The notes beneath the pieces are model-generated. The model saw nothing but the letters and a program-made list of their open reading frames with translations, did no database searches and was not told where the DNA came from. Both the position numbers and the translations under genes were made by a program. DNA of 63,963 nucleotides, counting the filler, from Reticulomyxa filosa (taxonomy: Eukaryota; Protista; Foraminifera): NCBI GenBank assembly GCA_000512085.1. It is 12 parts of 12 records of this genome, joined end to end, with 100 filler letters (N's around TTAATTAATTAA, not from the genome) between each part and the next. Parts side by side here need not be neighbours in the genome. Positions count along the whole stretch, not along the records: positions 52,628 to 60,042 come from ASPP01015654.1; positions 60,143 to 62,751 come from ASPP01048354.1; positions 62,852 to 63,963 come from ASPP01002167.1; 9 more parts are not named here. One strand, 5' to 3'. Below, one piece after another: positions 52,528-63,963 of the stretch. Position 1 is the stretch's first letter; each line of letters begins with the position of its first letter.

Positions 52528-52874
52528 NNNNNNNNNNNNNNNNNNNNNNNNNNNNNNNNNNNNNNNNNNNNTTAATTAATTAANNNNNNNNNNNNNNNNN
52601 NNNNNNNNNNNNNNNNNNNNNNNNNNNAAAAAAAAAAAAAATTTTTTTTTAAAAAAAAAAAAAAAAAAAAAGTCATTTTAGTTTCCAAAAAAAAAAATTA
52701 CATTATTTGTTGCAAATTTAAAAAGAGGTAGAGCTTGATATTTAAGATGATCCATGCCCATTCCACTTTTTAATCAAAATCTTTATATAGCGGAAGTTAG
52801 AAGATTGTTTTTAAACGAATTAAAGAAAAAAAACAAAAAAAACAACAGCAAAAATTATTGCAGCGAAAGATGGA

Positions 52875-54052
52875 TTACAGCAATTGCGTTGGTGGATAGC
52901 TACAAACATAAAAGTCTTTGGGTTGAACTTCACCGACAACGGTGCAAGTCGAGACAACCTCTACCAAGTCGGTAGTATGATGTGCTTTTAAAGACATGAC
53001 TTCCTGAAAGCAGTCAAACTCACAGCTAGGATTGACATCCATGACAAACTCTTTGTGATTCCCACGACCGCACTTGCCCAACACCAGTTGTGCTTTACCC
53101 GATTTTCGGATTTGTAAAGTTCCAATTCTGCCGTTGCCACATTGGGCTAGTGTGGATACTGAAAAGCGATTGTCGTTCCCAGTGACTTCGAGCTCATTCG
53201 TGACCAATTGCATTGGCAAAACTGCTGGGATTTGAAATAAGAGCAGTTTCGTTTTTTGAGAGGACGAGCTTTTCTCAAACTCCTCCTTCAACGTCTCCCC
53301 TGGCGTAAAGGTTTTTGCTTCCTCTTAGCATCATCAAACAAACACACACACACACAAACAAAAAAATGTTCTACAGTCGATGAATATTCTTGAGAATTTT
53401 CCCAAGAAATTTCCGGTTTTTTTTATTAATAATCAAGATATATTTAATATATGTTGTAATGAATATATGGAATACAAAAGATCTCATTACTGTGCGATTT
53501 TGGCTTTTCTTTTGCAACAGACAAGGAAATAGGCACGAAATGTTTGTGAAAATTGGTTATATGATCGTCTTCGCTTTTTGCAGATTCAGGTAATATTTCT
53601 TCGTCTGTATCTTGTTCCCCAGTCGCTTGTTCATCTTCGATGGTACCCTCTTTTAGTGCGCCACGTCTTTTTGGCTCTCTGACATATTGTGACGAACCCG
53701 TCTGATTAGAAATCATTGACGCAACTAAGTCGTCTATGTCCTGTTTCTTTTCCTCTGACTTTCCAAAGCTGCGCTCATAACGACCACCTCGCGACTTCAC
53801 TAACGTTGGAGCATCTGCGACTTCAAATGCTGTCTTTTTCCCACTTTTTTTTGACTTTACTTCGCTTGTTCCTTGTGTCGTCGATTTGGTTCGCTCTTGC
53901 TCTTGTTGTTGTTTTTGTATGTGAATGTCTACCGCTCCTGTCGGTGCTTGGCTTACAGTATTTTCGCTTACTGTCGTAACCTCACTACTCGTAGTAGCGT
54001 GGATCTTTCGCTTTTTTTTTCCTGCTGTTGGGATAAATTCACGTCTTTGCAT
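52875..54052 (-). CDS. POLR3D: RNA polymerase III subunit RPC4/C53
   Basis: LLLFQIPAVLP...GRIGTLQIRKSGKAQLVLG...MDVNPSCEFDCFQEV is the RPC4 C-terminal signature. Charged N-terminus; one intron ~53324-53490. Confidence 0.85.
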
Positions 54053-54924
54053 GTTTTATTATTTATGTAGACGCTTTTTCTCTATCTTCGGATCACCCCT
54101 GGTTTTTGAAGTTGTCTCAAGTGCTAGGCTAAGAAATAAGATATAACGTATATCAGTACATGTTATTACTGAAAAAAGAAAAACTAAAATTGATATCTTC
54201 ATCACATGCTTACTATTTGATGATTTGTTAGTAGAATAGTTCCACTTGATGCTATTATAAAAATTACTCTGTGACGTATAAGAATATGACTACTGTATCT
54301 CGATAATGTGAAATATACATCGTTCGTATTATCCATTTTCAAAAAATTTTTTCCAGGTAATGGAAAAATTTGTTTAGTTTAAGTGAAAAACTAAAAATGA
54401 TATTTTTGTGAGTTTAGCATAAGTAATTATAGCAGTTTTTTAATCAACTGACTCATGTTAAATCAAAAAGCAAAGTAAAAACATATTTAAAAAAAAATTT
54501 AAACACGTTATAATTTACAAAAAAATATAAAAAAAAGAAATTCATTTGAAATACAATATTTGTAGTAAAAAATTAAGATACGTTGATTTTTCAAATAGAA
54601 AATCTGTAATCTTTATTATGCATCACTTTCGTATATCACGAATTTGTTACTTACTGTAATTTAAGATAGTCGGGACTGAAAATCTAACATAATAAGCGAC
54701 AAAAAGTGTAAACAATTATCATTTTCTGCATATTATAATCAACAATGACAAATACAGTATTCAATATTGCTTGTTTGCAACGTAAAAAGCTATTACAAGC
54801 GTCACGAACTAGCTTCTACTTCAGATTTCTGTAAAATTATTATTGTGGAAATTTTCCAAAGCATTTGATGACAACCCCTAGTGTATTCTTTCCTTTTTCG
54901 TTGCTAAAAAAAAAGTTGAATTTT

Positions 54925-56850
54925 ATGGACACACAAACTGTGGGTATGTCTGAATTTTCGTGTGAATCGCATCACTCTAGCAAAACACGTTGCTTGTCAC
55001 AAAAGAGTTTTGTGACAAAATGCCATTAATACTTTTTTTGGGGCGAGTAGATTGACGACAACGGAACAACAAAACCTCTCAGGCGGTCTTTATGGAACAA
55101 CAAGCGAAGCAGCATGTGCATCAAAGGCATCAGCTAAATTCGAAAAAGAAAAGGAGAACGAAATAGAAATAAAAATGGAAGTGAGAAAAAAAAAGGACCA
55201 AATTACAAAAGAGAAGCAAAAAAAGAAAAGTGAGTTTTGCAGCTGGACCAGAAACCATTGAAACAAAGAATAGCCAACAATATCAAATGGAAAAACAAAA
55301 CAACAAATCTATATTGAAAAGATCTATAGCTTCATTGTCGTTGCCGTTGTTAGATGCAAGACATGCAAGTGCGACAGTTTCCAATGAATCACCATTGGAT
55401 ATGCACCCATCTAAAAAAAGAAAGCTGAACAATGTGAAGACAGAGCCAGGCATTGAATTGAGCTTTGAGCCCCAAGTCACAAAGACAAATGTCAAAAAGG
55501 GGTTTGCTTTTGGTATTTTTTTTTTTATTCCTTGCAAATTGCGTCATCTTTATGATTAAATTTCAAACAATTTTGAAAAGAAGAAAAACCGAATAAGAAC
55601 TTTCCCGGAACAGCAAAGACAACAACAAAAAAATAATAATAATGACAATAATAATAATAATAATATGTGATTGAACAGCCGATGACAGTGAAAAGAACAC
55701 ATTGAAAGAGCTCCAAAGAGTGGAATTGTTTTTGGAAGACAGCAATATAGAGCAATTCCAAGAGAGTAGCCAAAATAAGAACCACAAAAAAATAGAGAAG
55801 AATAACACCGCTCCAATCCAAAGCGCAAAGAAAAAGAAGAACCAATCCATCAAAACGATCCATTCTGCGAATCTAAAACCTTGGGTTCGTTTTTTGCTTT
55901 GCTTTGAATGCTTGAATGATCCAAACAATTTGCATATACAATTTATACACATACATTACATATTAATTTTTTTTTTTGCTGCAATTTTTATTGGATTTAT
56001 TTGTATGTTTGAAATTAGACAGGGAAAAATTATAAACAACATTATTGTAAACAAAATACCGAATTGAAAAAACAAGTGAAAAAAATGAAAAGCAATGAGC
56101 TTGCGCTGGGAAAAGAAATCGAGTGTTTACAAAAGCGAGTAGACGCTTTAACTAATGAATTAGACCAAAGTAAGGCAAGAGAACAAGAATTGGAAAATTT
56201 GAATAAAACAAAGGTATTAAGTCACCAAAGTAGAGTTGATTTTGCGCAATTGCTTTCTTTTTTTTTTTTTTGACTTTGCTTTTGTTAGTGGGACTTGCTT
56301 TTATGTTCAAGTCCCTGCCATGAGGGGGGCTCTTCAAAAAAATATATTATCAATAGTCGACGACATCATGCAGTCAACAACCAACGAGCATATATTCCGA
56401 TCGAGATCAGCGCTCACAATCCACTGCAAGTTATCCAGTAGATAACTTTTGCAGACATTATAATAACGACGAATCCTACGATCCTTGGAAACCTTCCACA
56501 CAAATCGCCGAAGGTTACGCATATCCTTTGCTATCTTGAATAATTTTCAGCCTATCGACAACGGTGATGTCTTTGACGCGCCTGTATTTGGCGCAGATTC
56601 AAAAGAATTAGAGGAAACTGAAACAGAAACTCAATCGTCAAAAATACAGTCTCCTTTGGATAATACTAAAGCTTCTTTTTCTGAACAAGAACGGACAGTA
56701 GATAACAGCGAAGAATCATCGCCTTCACAGTCTCAAGATACAAAACCCCACATAACTGTCGCGACCCTTTGCCCAGAGTTAGTTTTTTTTATGGTTTCTT
56801 TGCACCAAAACAATTTTATGACACCATATGTTTGTTTGGCTGTGAAATAG
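54925..56850 (+). CDS. Hypothetical coiled-coil protein, possibly degenerate
   Basis: Exon-like blocks with NLS-like PSKKRKL and heptads ELALGKEIECLQKRVDALTNELDQSKAREQELENL. Some frame changes are not explained by clear splice sites. Confidence 0.45.
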
Positions 56851-57437
56851 TAAAAGCAAAAAATGGTGGGTTTGTTGCAAATGTGATATGAATAATCGGT
56901 CCGTAAATGCTTTGTGTGAGCTATGCACAAACACGAAATGTGCAAAATGCCAAATAAAATGAAGAATTGTTATATTTTGTCAAGTGTGTATTTGATGTTC
57001 AATATTTTCATTAATTCTTCTAAAAAAGAGACGTGTTTCAATATAGAAAATTTGGAAACAGCGACACATTGGTCGTTGTTGTTTTACTTTATTTATTTAT
57101 TTTTTGAGGAAATGAATTTGAAATAAGTCCACAAGTAGCACGTGATAGAAACAAAAATACCATAATTTGATCATATTTATTTGGGGAATATTCAAATCAT
57201 CTTACATCACAGCTCTCAAAATAATAATGCGCGTTTTGATAGGTTTTTCTCAAAAGCTCAAAAAAATTTACTTCAAGAAATCCCCAAAAATGTCCATTTC
57301 TCAAAAGGATAGTCAGAAGATGTATACAACCCAAAATTTGATCAAAAAGAATTCCAAATTACCAGAAATTGGTGAATTTGGGGATGCAGAGACCTCCCTT
57401 CTGAGACATGACAACAAAACAAAAAATGAATGGATAT

Positions 57438-60042
57438 TTATTCTTGGCTCGCTTGAGTTTCTGGTGTAGTTTTTGTCGACTTTCCATCGGGAATGACAAC
57501 AAGCGATGCACGTTGCTTTAAGTGTCGTGATTTTCTACGCTTGTAATATAACACATACGCAGCCGAAGATATCATCGATTCGGGATTATTAACTTCCATT
57601 GTTCGACTATCATTGAGGTCATACCATTTTCCATTTTCTAGGTTTTTGGCATAGGCCGTGTAATGTCCTCCTCCCATGCCTCCCATGTGATTGGAAATGC
57701 CGTACAGATCGTATATGGCATCCACTCTGCTTTCTTCGGATACTATCCATGGAGACATATCAAGTCCTTCCAATGGAAATTGAACAAGTGTGTTGATACG
57801 GTCTCTCCACTCTCGGGTAAACGAGAATCTCTTCAAATGAATAATCAGCAATTCGGGAGTGGTCCACAAATCAATTTTTTTTTTGGCGCACCTGAATTAG
57901 ACCGGCCGTCATACACAACATACAAATTACAACACTTCCCTTTTTTTTTAAAGAAAAAGGCAAGCGCTATGAACTTAACTTGAAGCCTGAGCACTTACTG
58001 CAAAACCAAGCATCATTTTCGTCCAAGATTTCCTCTTCAGTGAAGGCATTAATACAAGCTGACAAGCCGACTGGGGCACCGCTACCTCGATCTTCATCAT
58101 CCATGTAACTATTTTGACTTTGGGACGGGGGTGCACTTTCATGACGTGCTCGTTTTTCCCGGATACAAATATCCTCATTGTAGATGTCTCGGTTACGGAA
58201 AGTCAGCACAAATTTGAACTCACGTTCTTTCAAGGGAACAAACAAGTCATCTCTGTCTTCCAGTTCCACAGCAGAAGAGAATCCGTATGTTGCATGGAAA
58301 CGACAAGGCAAAAGTGTTTCTGTTTCGTTTGTCTCAGTCTCATTCGTGCTATTTTCGCTGGTTGCGTTTTCCTTTTTGATCAAATAGGGTTTCACCAACT
58401 CAAGCAGTTTTTGGCGAGCCTCTTTGTGGGACACATTACGTTTCAGTGGTAACGTAAGAATCAAAGGCATGCCGAAAAACTCAATCTCTTCGTAATATTT
58501 CGAACGTGATTTTGCTTGGCAAAACACATGACAAGCCTTGAAATCGGGCACGACTACATCCTTGTGCACTGGACTTCGGAAGTCGTCAAGGCGACCGCCA
58601 TTTGCGCTGTCCTTATCTTTATCGTTGTCATTGTTCTTATCCTTGTCGTTGTCATTGTTCTGGTCCTTATCCTTGTCTTTATCGGTTTCATTATCCTTTT
58701 CTTTTTCTTTGTTGTTTTCGGTGACCACTGGCGTTTCCTTTGGTTTTGGTGAATGATACACAATGATATCATCATTGCGACGATTAATTTCCGCGATCAT
58801 ATCTCGGTTTTTCAGTTCGCGATGAATCTTGCCTCTCCAGACATCGCACACAAACAACTCTTCTGGAGGAAGATTGAATTGTTTTGCAATTGCTCTTTTC
58901 AACATTGAAATATCGGCCACTTTCAGCATCTATTTGTAAAGATAGTAGACAATCGAATTCGAGTGGAATTTCAAAATAGAAAAACAAACAACTTGTATTT
59001 TAAAAATACATAATGTATATATATTAAACTTGGATTCCATGCACCGTGGGTGGTACACTTGCATCGCTACCAACCCATGTAAATTCCAGCATTTTGTATC
59101 TTTCAGTTGGCAAAGGCACGCTCAAGAACATGTAGGGATCAAACGTGATCGATACTCGCTCGCAATCGGGACATTCCACGCGCGATTTGTACTGGCCTTG
59201 TAACAAATCGACAACGATCGATACGTTGCGTTTCAAGTATGTACGCCAAGCCTCTGCTGCCACCACATTATCGGAACGACCATTTGATTCGACTGCTTCC
59301 GTGGCCGGTTTTTCTTGAATTTGGTTCAAATCTTCATGCAAGCCATCCAACAAAAAGGACAATAATTCTTGACTATCTTGTTGTGAGTATCCCATGAATC
59401 TATCGATGAAAGCCACAAGCATACAAATGCATTTTTATTTCATGATGTTTTTGTAACATCTTATTTGTTTATTTAACAAAAATACAATAAAATATATGTA
59501 TATATGTATACGTTTTTGCAATACCTTGGGGCAACTTCGCCGATTGCGTCTTTGAATTCTCTTGGCGCAACAACTCTGTACTTGTTGCTGAACATATCTT
59601 TCAATAACTGAGCCCATGCTTGTGCAACTTTGCCTTTCCAACCCAGTGGGTTATTGTAATTGATATGATGAACAAAGTCTCCGCTCAAAAAATACTCTGT
59701 CAAATGTGGAGATTGGGCCAAACATTGAATGGTCGAGTTCATGAAACAAGTATTGCCCAAATTACGCAATCCGACCACACCTTTTTGTTCAGGAGTGCCT
59801 TCGTCGTGTGAATCATACCAAGATGATCTGCTCGAGTATCCACTGGAATAACTGGTGTATGAAGATTTTTGTGGTTGTTGACGATAAGCTCCTTTTGTGT
59901 GTGTATGACGTAAAGCAAGTCTTTCACGATTGCCTATTGTTATTACTTCGTCCCATCGTTCAGACCAGCCAATGAAATGGACAGTTACCTTGCCAGCATT
60001 CTCTGTACCCTCTTTGCCAACAAAGCGAATAAAAGCTTCATA
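57438..60042 (-). CDS. Ubiquitin-specific protease (C19, USP4/11/15-like), 5'-partial
   Basis: Cys box GLRNLGNTCFMNSTIQCL; QQDSQELLSFLLDGLHEDLN; His box YDLYGISNHMGGMGGGHYTAYAKN..WYDLNDS. Introns 59400-59524, 58930-59029, 57892-57979. Confidence 0.95.
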
Positions 60043-60142
60043 NNNNNNNNNNNNNNNNNNNNNNNNNNNNNNNNNNNNNNNNNNNNTTAATTAATTAANN
60101 NNNNNNNNNNNNNNNNNNNNNNNNNNNNNNNNNNNNNNNNNN

Positions 60143-62260
60143 TTGTGTTGGAGGATTCGTTAGTGACTCCGTTGGATAGTTTGTTAGACTGTACGTTGGG
60201 GCGTCAGTTGGTGAAAAAGTCAGTGATAAGTTGGACTGCCCGTGTGAATGTAAGTTAGACTATAAGTCATACTGTTATCGAGGAATATGTTAACTAGTTG
60301 GTTGGATATTACGTTGAACTTTATGTTGGAGAGTCAGTTGTAAATACGTTGGAGAGTATGTCGGACTTTCTGTTGGAGCATCCCGTTGGTGAGTATGTTA
60401 TTATCTCCGTTGGAATACTTGTTGGCGCATCCGTCGGTGAATAAGTTGGTGATAAGTTGGTGAAAAGTTGGCGAGTAATTTGGGAGAATGTTGGTGCGCC
60501 CGTTGGCGAATATGTTGGTGATTGCATGATTGCATTGGTTGACGACTCCGTTGGCGCATTCGTTTGTGAAAAGTTGACGAGTATGTCGACTATATGTTGG
60601 AGCTCCTGTTGTGGAATATGTTCGTTGTTGAATAAGTGGGACTGAATGTTGGTACATCTGTTGGAGAATACGTTGGAGAAAAGGTCAAACTTTGTGTTGG
60701 TGAAAATGTCGGCGAATCCATTGGCGAATATGTTGGATAAAAAGTTTGCGATTGCGTGTGTACATTGGTCGGTGACCCGTTGGCGCATTTGTTGACGAAT
60801 AAGTTGGAGAATACGCTGGTAACTGTGTTAGCCATTCGTTGGTGAGTACGTTAGACTAAATATCGGGGCAGTTGAACAATATGTTGGCGCATTTGTTGGA
60901 TTTGGTGTTGTGCTGTTTGTTGGACTTTCAGGACTATATGTTGTGCTGTACGTTGGAGCGTTTGTTGAAGATTAAGTGGAAGCATTTGTTGGACCAAAGT
61001 TGGACTATAAAAATTGGACTGTAAGTGGAACACCAGTGGTTGGAGAACATGTTGGACTGTTTGTTGATGATTGAGTCGGTGAGTCAGTTGGAGCAAGTTG
61101 GAGAATATACGTTGGAGCGCCTGTTGTGAGTAAGTTGGCGAATATGTTAGCAAATAAGCTGGTGGTTGTGTTGGAGCATTCGTCAGTGACTCTGTTGGAG
61201 AATAAGTTGTGAATACTTTGGATTATCGTGGGGCGCCAGTTGGTGAAAGTTTGTGAATAAGTTGGACTGTCTGTGATAGAGAAAGTTGGACTAAAGTCTG
61301 TCTGTCCGTCGGGGAATATGTTGGCAAGTTGGTTGACAAGTACGTTGGCGTACGTTGGAGCGCCGTTGGTGAATACCTTGGATAGTAAGTCGGTCTGTTG
61401 GTGATTGTATCGGAGCTCTTGTTGGAGCACCAGTTGTGGAAAATATGTTGGACTGAATGTTGGAGCGCCTGTTGGAGAATAAGTTGAAGATACGTTGGAG
61501 CATCAGTCGGTGACATGTCTTGGCATTTGTTGGAGAATATGTTGGAGCGCCTGTTAGAGAATAAGTTGAAGTTGGTGATTACGTTGGTATCACCGTTGTA
61601 ACACTCGTTGGCAAATAAGTTGTCGAATATGTTGGAGAAAATGTTGGCGCATCCGTTGTCGAGTAAGTAGGGGAATACGTTGGCTCATCTGCGGTGAATA
61701 CGTTGGTGAATATGTCGGAGATAATGTTGGTGCGCTCGTTGGCAAATATGTTGGAGAAAAAGTTGGCGATTGTGTGATTGCATTTGTTGGTGAGTACGTG
61801 GTGCTGTAGTTGGAGCCTCGTTGGAAATAATGTTAGTGACTCCGTTGGCGCATTCGTTGGTGAATAAGTTGAAGAGTATGTCGGACTAATGTTGGAGCTC
61901 CTTTGGGGAATAGGTTGAAGAGAATGTTGGCGCGTCGTTGGGGCATTCGTTGGAGAATAAGTTGGAGCACCCGTTGGTGAATACGTTGGCAAATATCGAA
62001 CTGAACGTCGGGGATTTCGTCGGAGAAAGTTGGAATGTTGGTGAAAACGTTGGAGCATTAGTTGGTGACGTGTCGGGGGGCGCGCTTGTTGGTGCCAAAG
62101 TTTCACAGTTTGTGTTGACCAACAATTTGATGTCATTTCTTTATTTAGTCAAATCACAAGTTGGGTTATCAAACAAGTGATCATGCGCATCCGTCGTTGG
62201 GCTTTTGGTCTGTTGTTTAGCTTTATGCTTCGTTGGGTGCTTGGTTGGTGATCTGTTGCA
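60143..62260 (-). repeat. Pro/Thr-rich (PT-repeat, TDAPTYSPT-like) array, frameshifted
   Basis: Recurrent PTYSPT/PTDAPT/PTFSPT peptides across all three minus frames; gttgg-rich periodic sequence on the + strand. Confidence 0.85.
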
Positions 62261-62751
62261 AGTCAAAACGTATATGGAACATATTTTCGGCAAATAAAAA
62301 AATGCTATAGTTGTGCACAAAAAACAAAACTTGATTTGATATAAAGACATTGCGAAGATTGCCAGTTCTTCAAAATGATGACTTGGTTGGCAGTGACAAA
62401 CATTGAGTTGCGGGTTTCGACAAGCAGGAAAACAATCATTGTAATGATGATCTCTTTCAACAGAACCCACCAGAAGTCCAATTTATTTTGGAATTTGACA
62501 TCCGATAACCACCAAACAGGATTTTTATTTGTATCGGGCCGAGCGATAAATTTGTGGATGCCACAGTCAAATGCACATAAAAGCTTGTATACATCTTGTT
62601 GCTTAGTCACCATCAGCAACACGTCATCTAACGTATCTCGAATGTTGTCTGCAAAACGGGTTGTTGCCAGTTGATGCGATCCATGTTAAGCACGTACTAT
62701 TTTTGAAATTCAACCGAAAGGATTTGGAAGTGGTTGAATAAAATGGTGACA
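60143..62751 (-). pseudogene. Decayed mucin-like surface protein gene (globular Cys-containing head plus PT stalk)
   Basis: Upstream non-repetitive fragments (62141-62622) lead into CNRSPTKHPTK and then the PT array; many frame switches. Confidence 0.55.
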
Positions 62752-62874
62752 NNNNNNNNNNNNNNNNNNNNNNNNNNNNNNNNNNNNNNNNNNNNTTAAT
62801 TAATTAANNNNNNNNNNNNNNNNNNNNNNNNNNNNNNNNNNNNNNNNNNNNTTTTATTTGTTTGTGTAAACCTT

Positions 62875-63480
62875 AATCATCCCCAAATTTGAATTATACA
62901 ATCTGTAGAACCTGATGCAATTATATTTCCATTTTGAATACATTCACACATCTAATGTTTGACAATACCCTTCCAAGATTTGTAATCTCTTCCTTGATTT
63001 TACGTTCTACAATCGAATTGTATTATCCAATGAACAGGAAATAATAAATTTATCATATGCATAATGATCGAATGGTGCAATGTCATGACAAACAGGTAGT
63101 TGATGAAATTGAAAAGTATTGTTATTTTCATCATATTCAATTGATAATTCTATCTTTTGATAAAACAACAGCATTTCATATTTTTTTTTTGTTTCATTAT
63201 TTCTTGTTCATTTTTTGACTTTGATACAAAGCAATGATTACTAAAATAATTACACGGTAAAGTACCATGTTTAATATATTGAAGCATATTTAAATCAAAC
63301 ACATTTATATTAGAAGAATAAGTGATAAATAACAAATGACTGTTGCTTCCACTAATCAATGCACGTGCTCCTTCATAACCTCCATCTCTTTTAATTATAA
63401 TTGAATGATTGTGATTGTTTGTGAAAGAAGTCCATTGACTGCAATGGTTTGTATTTGTTTTTGAGCGTATGATAAGAATA
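62875..63480 (-). pseudogene. Chimeric kelch-like / WD40 pseudogene
   Basis: GARALISGSNSHLLFITY..NINVFDLN..HCFV..IEYDENNNTFQFHQLPVCHDIAPFDHYAY runs directly into FIISCSLDNTIRL...IIASGSTDCIIQIWG*. Confidence 0.65.
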
Positions 63481-63599
63481 ACATTTACGTTTATAAAGAC
63501 CCCAAAATGAGGATTTCATGTTTGTGTTTGGCAAACCCCTTCATGGACAGAAAAAAGTTCCAAGTTGAAATCTTGAGTCATCTAAGAAAAGTTCAAAAG

Positions 63600-63963
63600 A
63601 AAAGTTGGACACAAAAGTTGGATGAACAGTATTGATTGTTCAATAATTGATTGTTTTCAATTACTTTGTTCTGGATCAGAAGATAATACAGTCAATCATT
63701 CAAAACCTATTTGTTGTGTAAAATTTTCATCATATCATTATTATAATCGTCATAATGTCATTTGTTCTTCATCACATGACAAAGTTATTCTTTTTTGGGA
63801 TATTAAACATAATCAACAATTACAAAAGTTAATGGATGCAGATCAAATGAAGTGTAATCATTGTTCATCATTTACAAAATAAATAATTATGAGTGTAAAA
63901 TATGGACCAAATGAACTATGAAATACAATATTATCTGGATCGAGTGATCATAGTGTTCAATGG
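63600..63963 (+). pseudogene. WD40 pseudogene fragment
   Basis: LCSGSEDNTV..HSKPICCVKFSSYHYYNRHNVICSSSHDKVILFWDIKHNQQLQ and ILSGSSDHSV, with internal deletions and stops. Confidence 0.75.

Noticed and set aside
60143-62100. gttgg-rich periodic sequence as telomeric repeat or CRISPR
   Set aside because: It is the antisense of Pro-Thr codons (CCA ACN); there is no fixed repeat or spacer structure.
5177-62851. Recurrent TTAATTAATTAA motif as a biological repeat or CRISPR-like array
   Set aside because: Always centred in exactly 44+44 Ns; it is a concatenation linker.
1-63963. Apparent clustering of ubiquitin and signalling genes (PUB, USP, WD40, RGS, SAM, PH) as a functional locus
   Set aside because: They lie on different contigs, so the order is arbitrary.

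Overview
This is eukaryotic, AT-rich, intron-containing DNA. It is not one locus: 12 short contigs are joined by an artificial 100-nt spacer (N44-TTAATTAATTAA-N44, stops in all six frames), so adjacency across spacers means nothing. The WD40/kelch/PUB family signatures, microsatellite-rich introns and many decayed genes suggest a foraminiferan such as Reticulomyxa filosa (inference, no database search). Recognisable genes: a split-RGS protein, a SAM protein, a double-PH protein, a PUB-domain protein, MAT1/Tfb3, a short CFAP91, a pepsin-family protease with a membrane-anchor exon the ORF track misses, a C2H2 zinc-finger protein, two WD40 proteins (one with LisH), HGSNAT, RPC4/POLR3D, a USP4/15-like deubiquitinase with a chromo-barrel/Tudor-like module, and a frameshifted Pro/Thr-repeat surface protein. 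Mobile DNA: a decayed Ty3/gypsy element, head-to-tail LINE remnants, a Tc1/mariner-like terminus at two contig starts and a permuted dispersed repeat. I see no clear self-contained new operon-like system. The best leads are (i) an unusual splice-site signature (GTT donors, A-rich acceptors), (ii) a short helical N-terminal module on a WD40 gene and in an orphan copy, possibly an uncharacterised E3-adaptor motif, and (iii) the BACE-like membrane protease.
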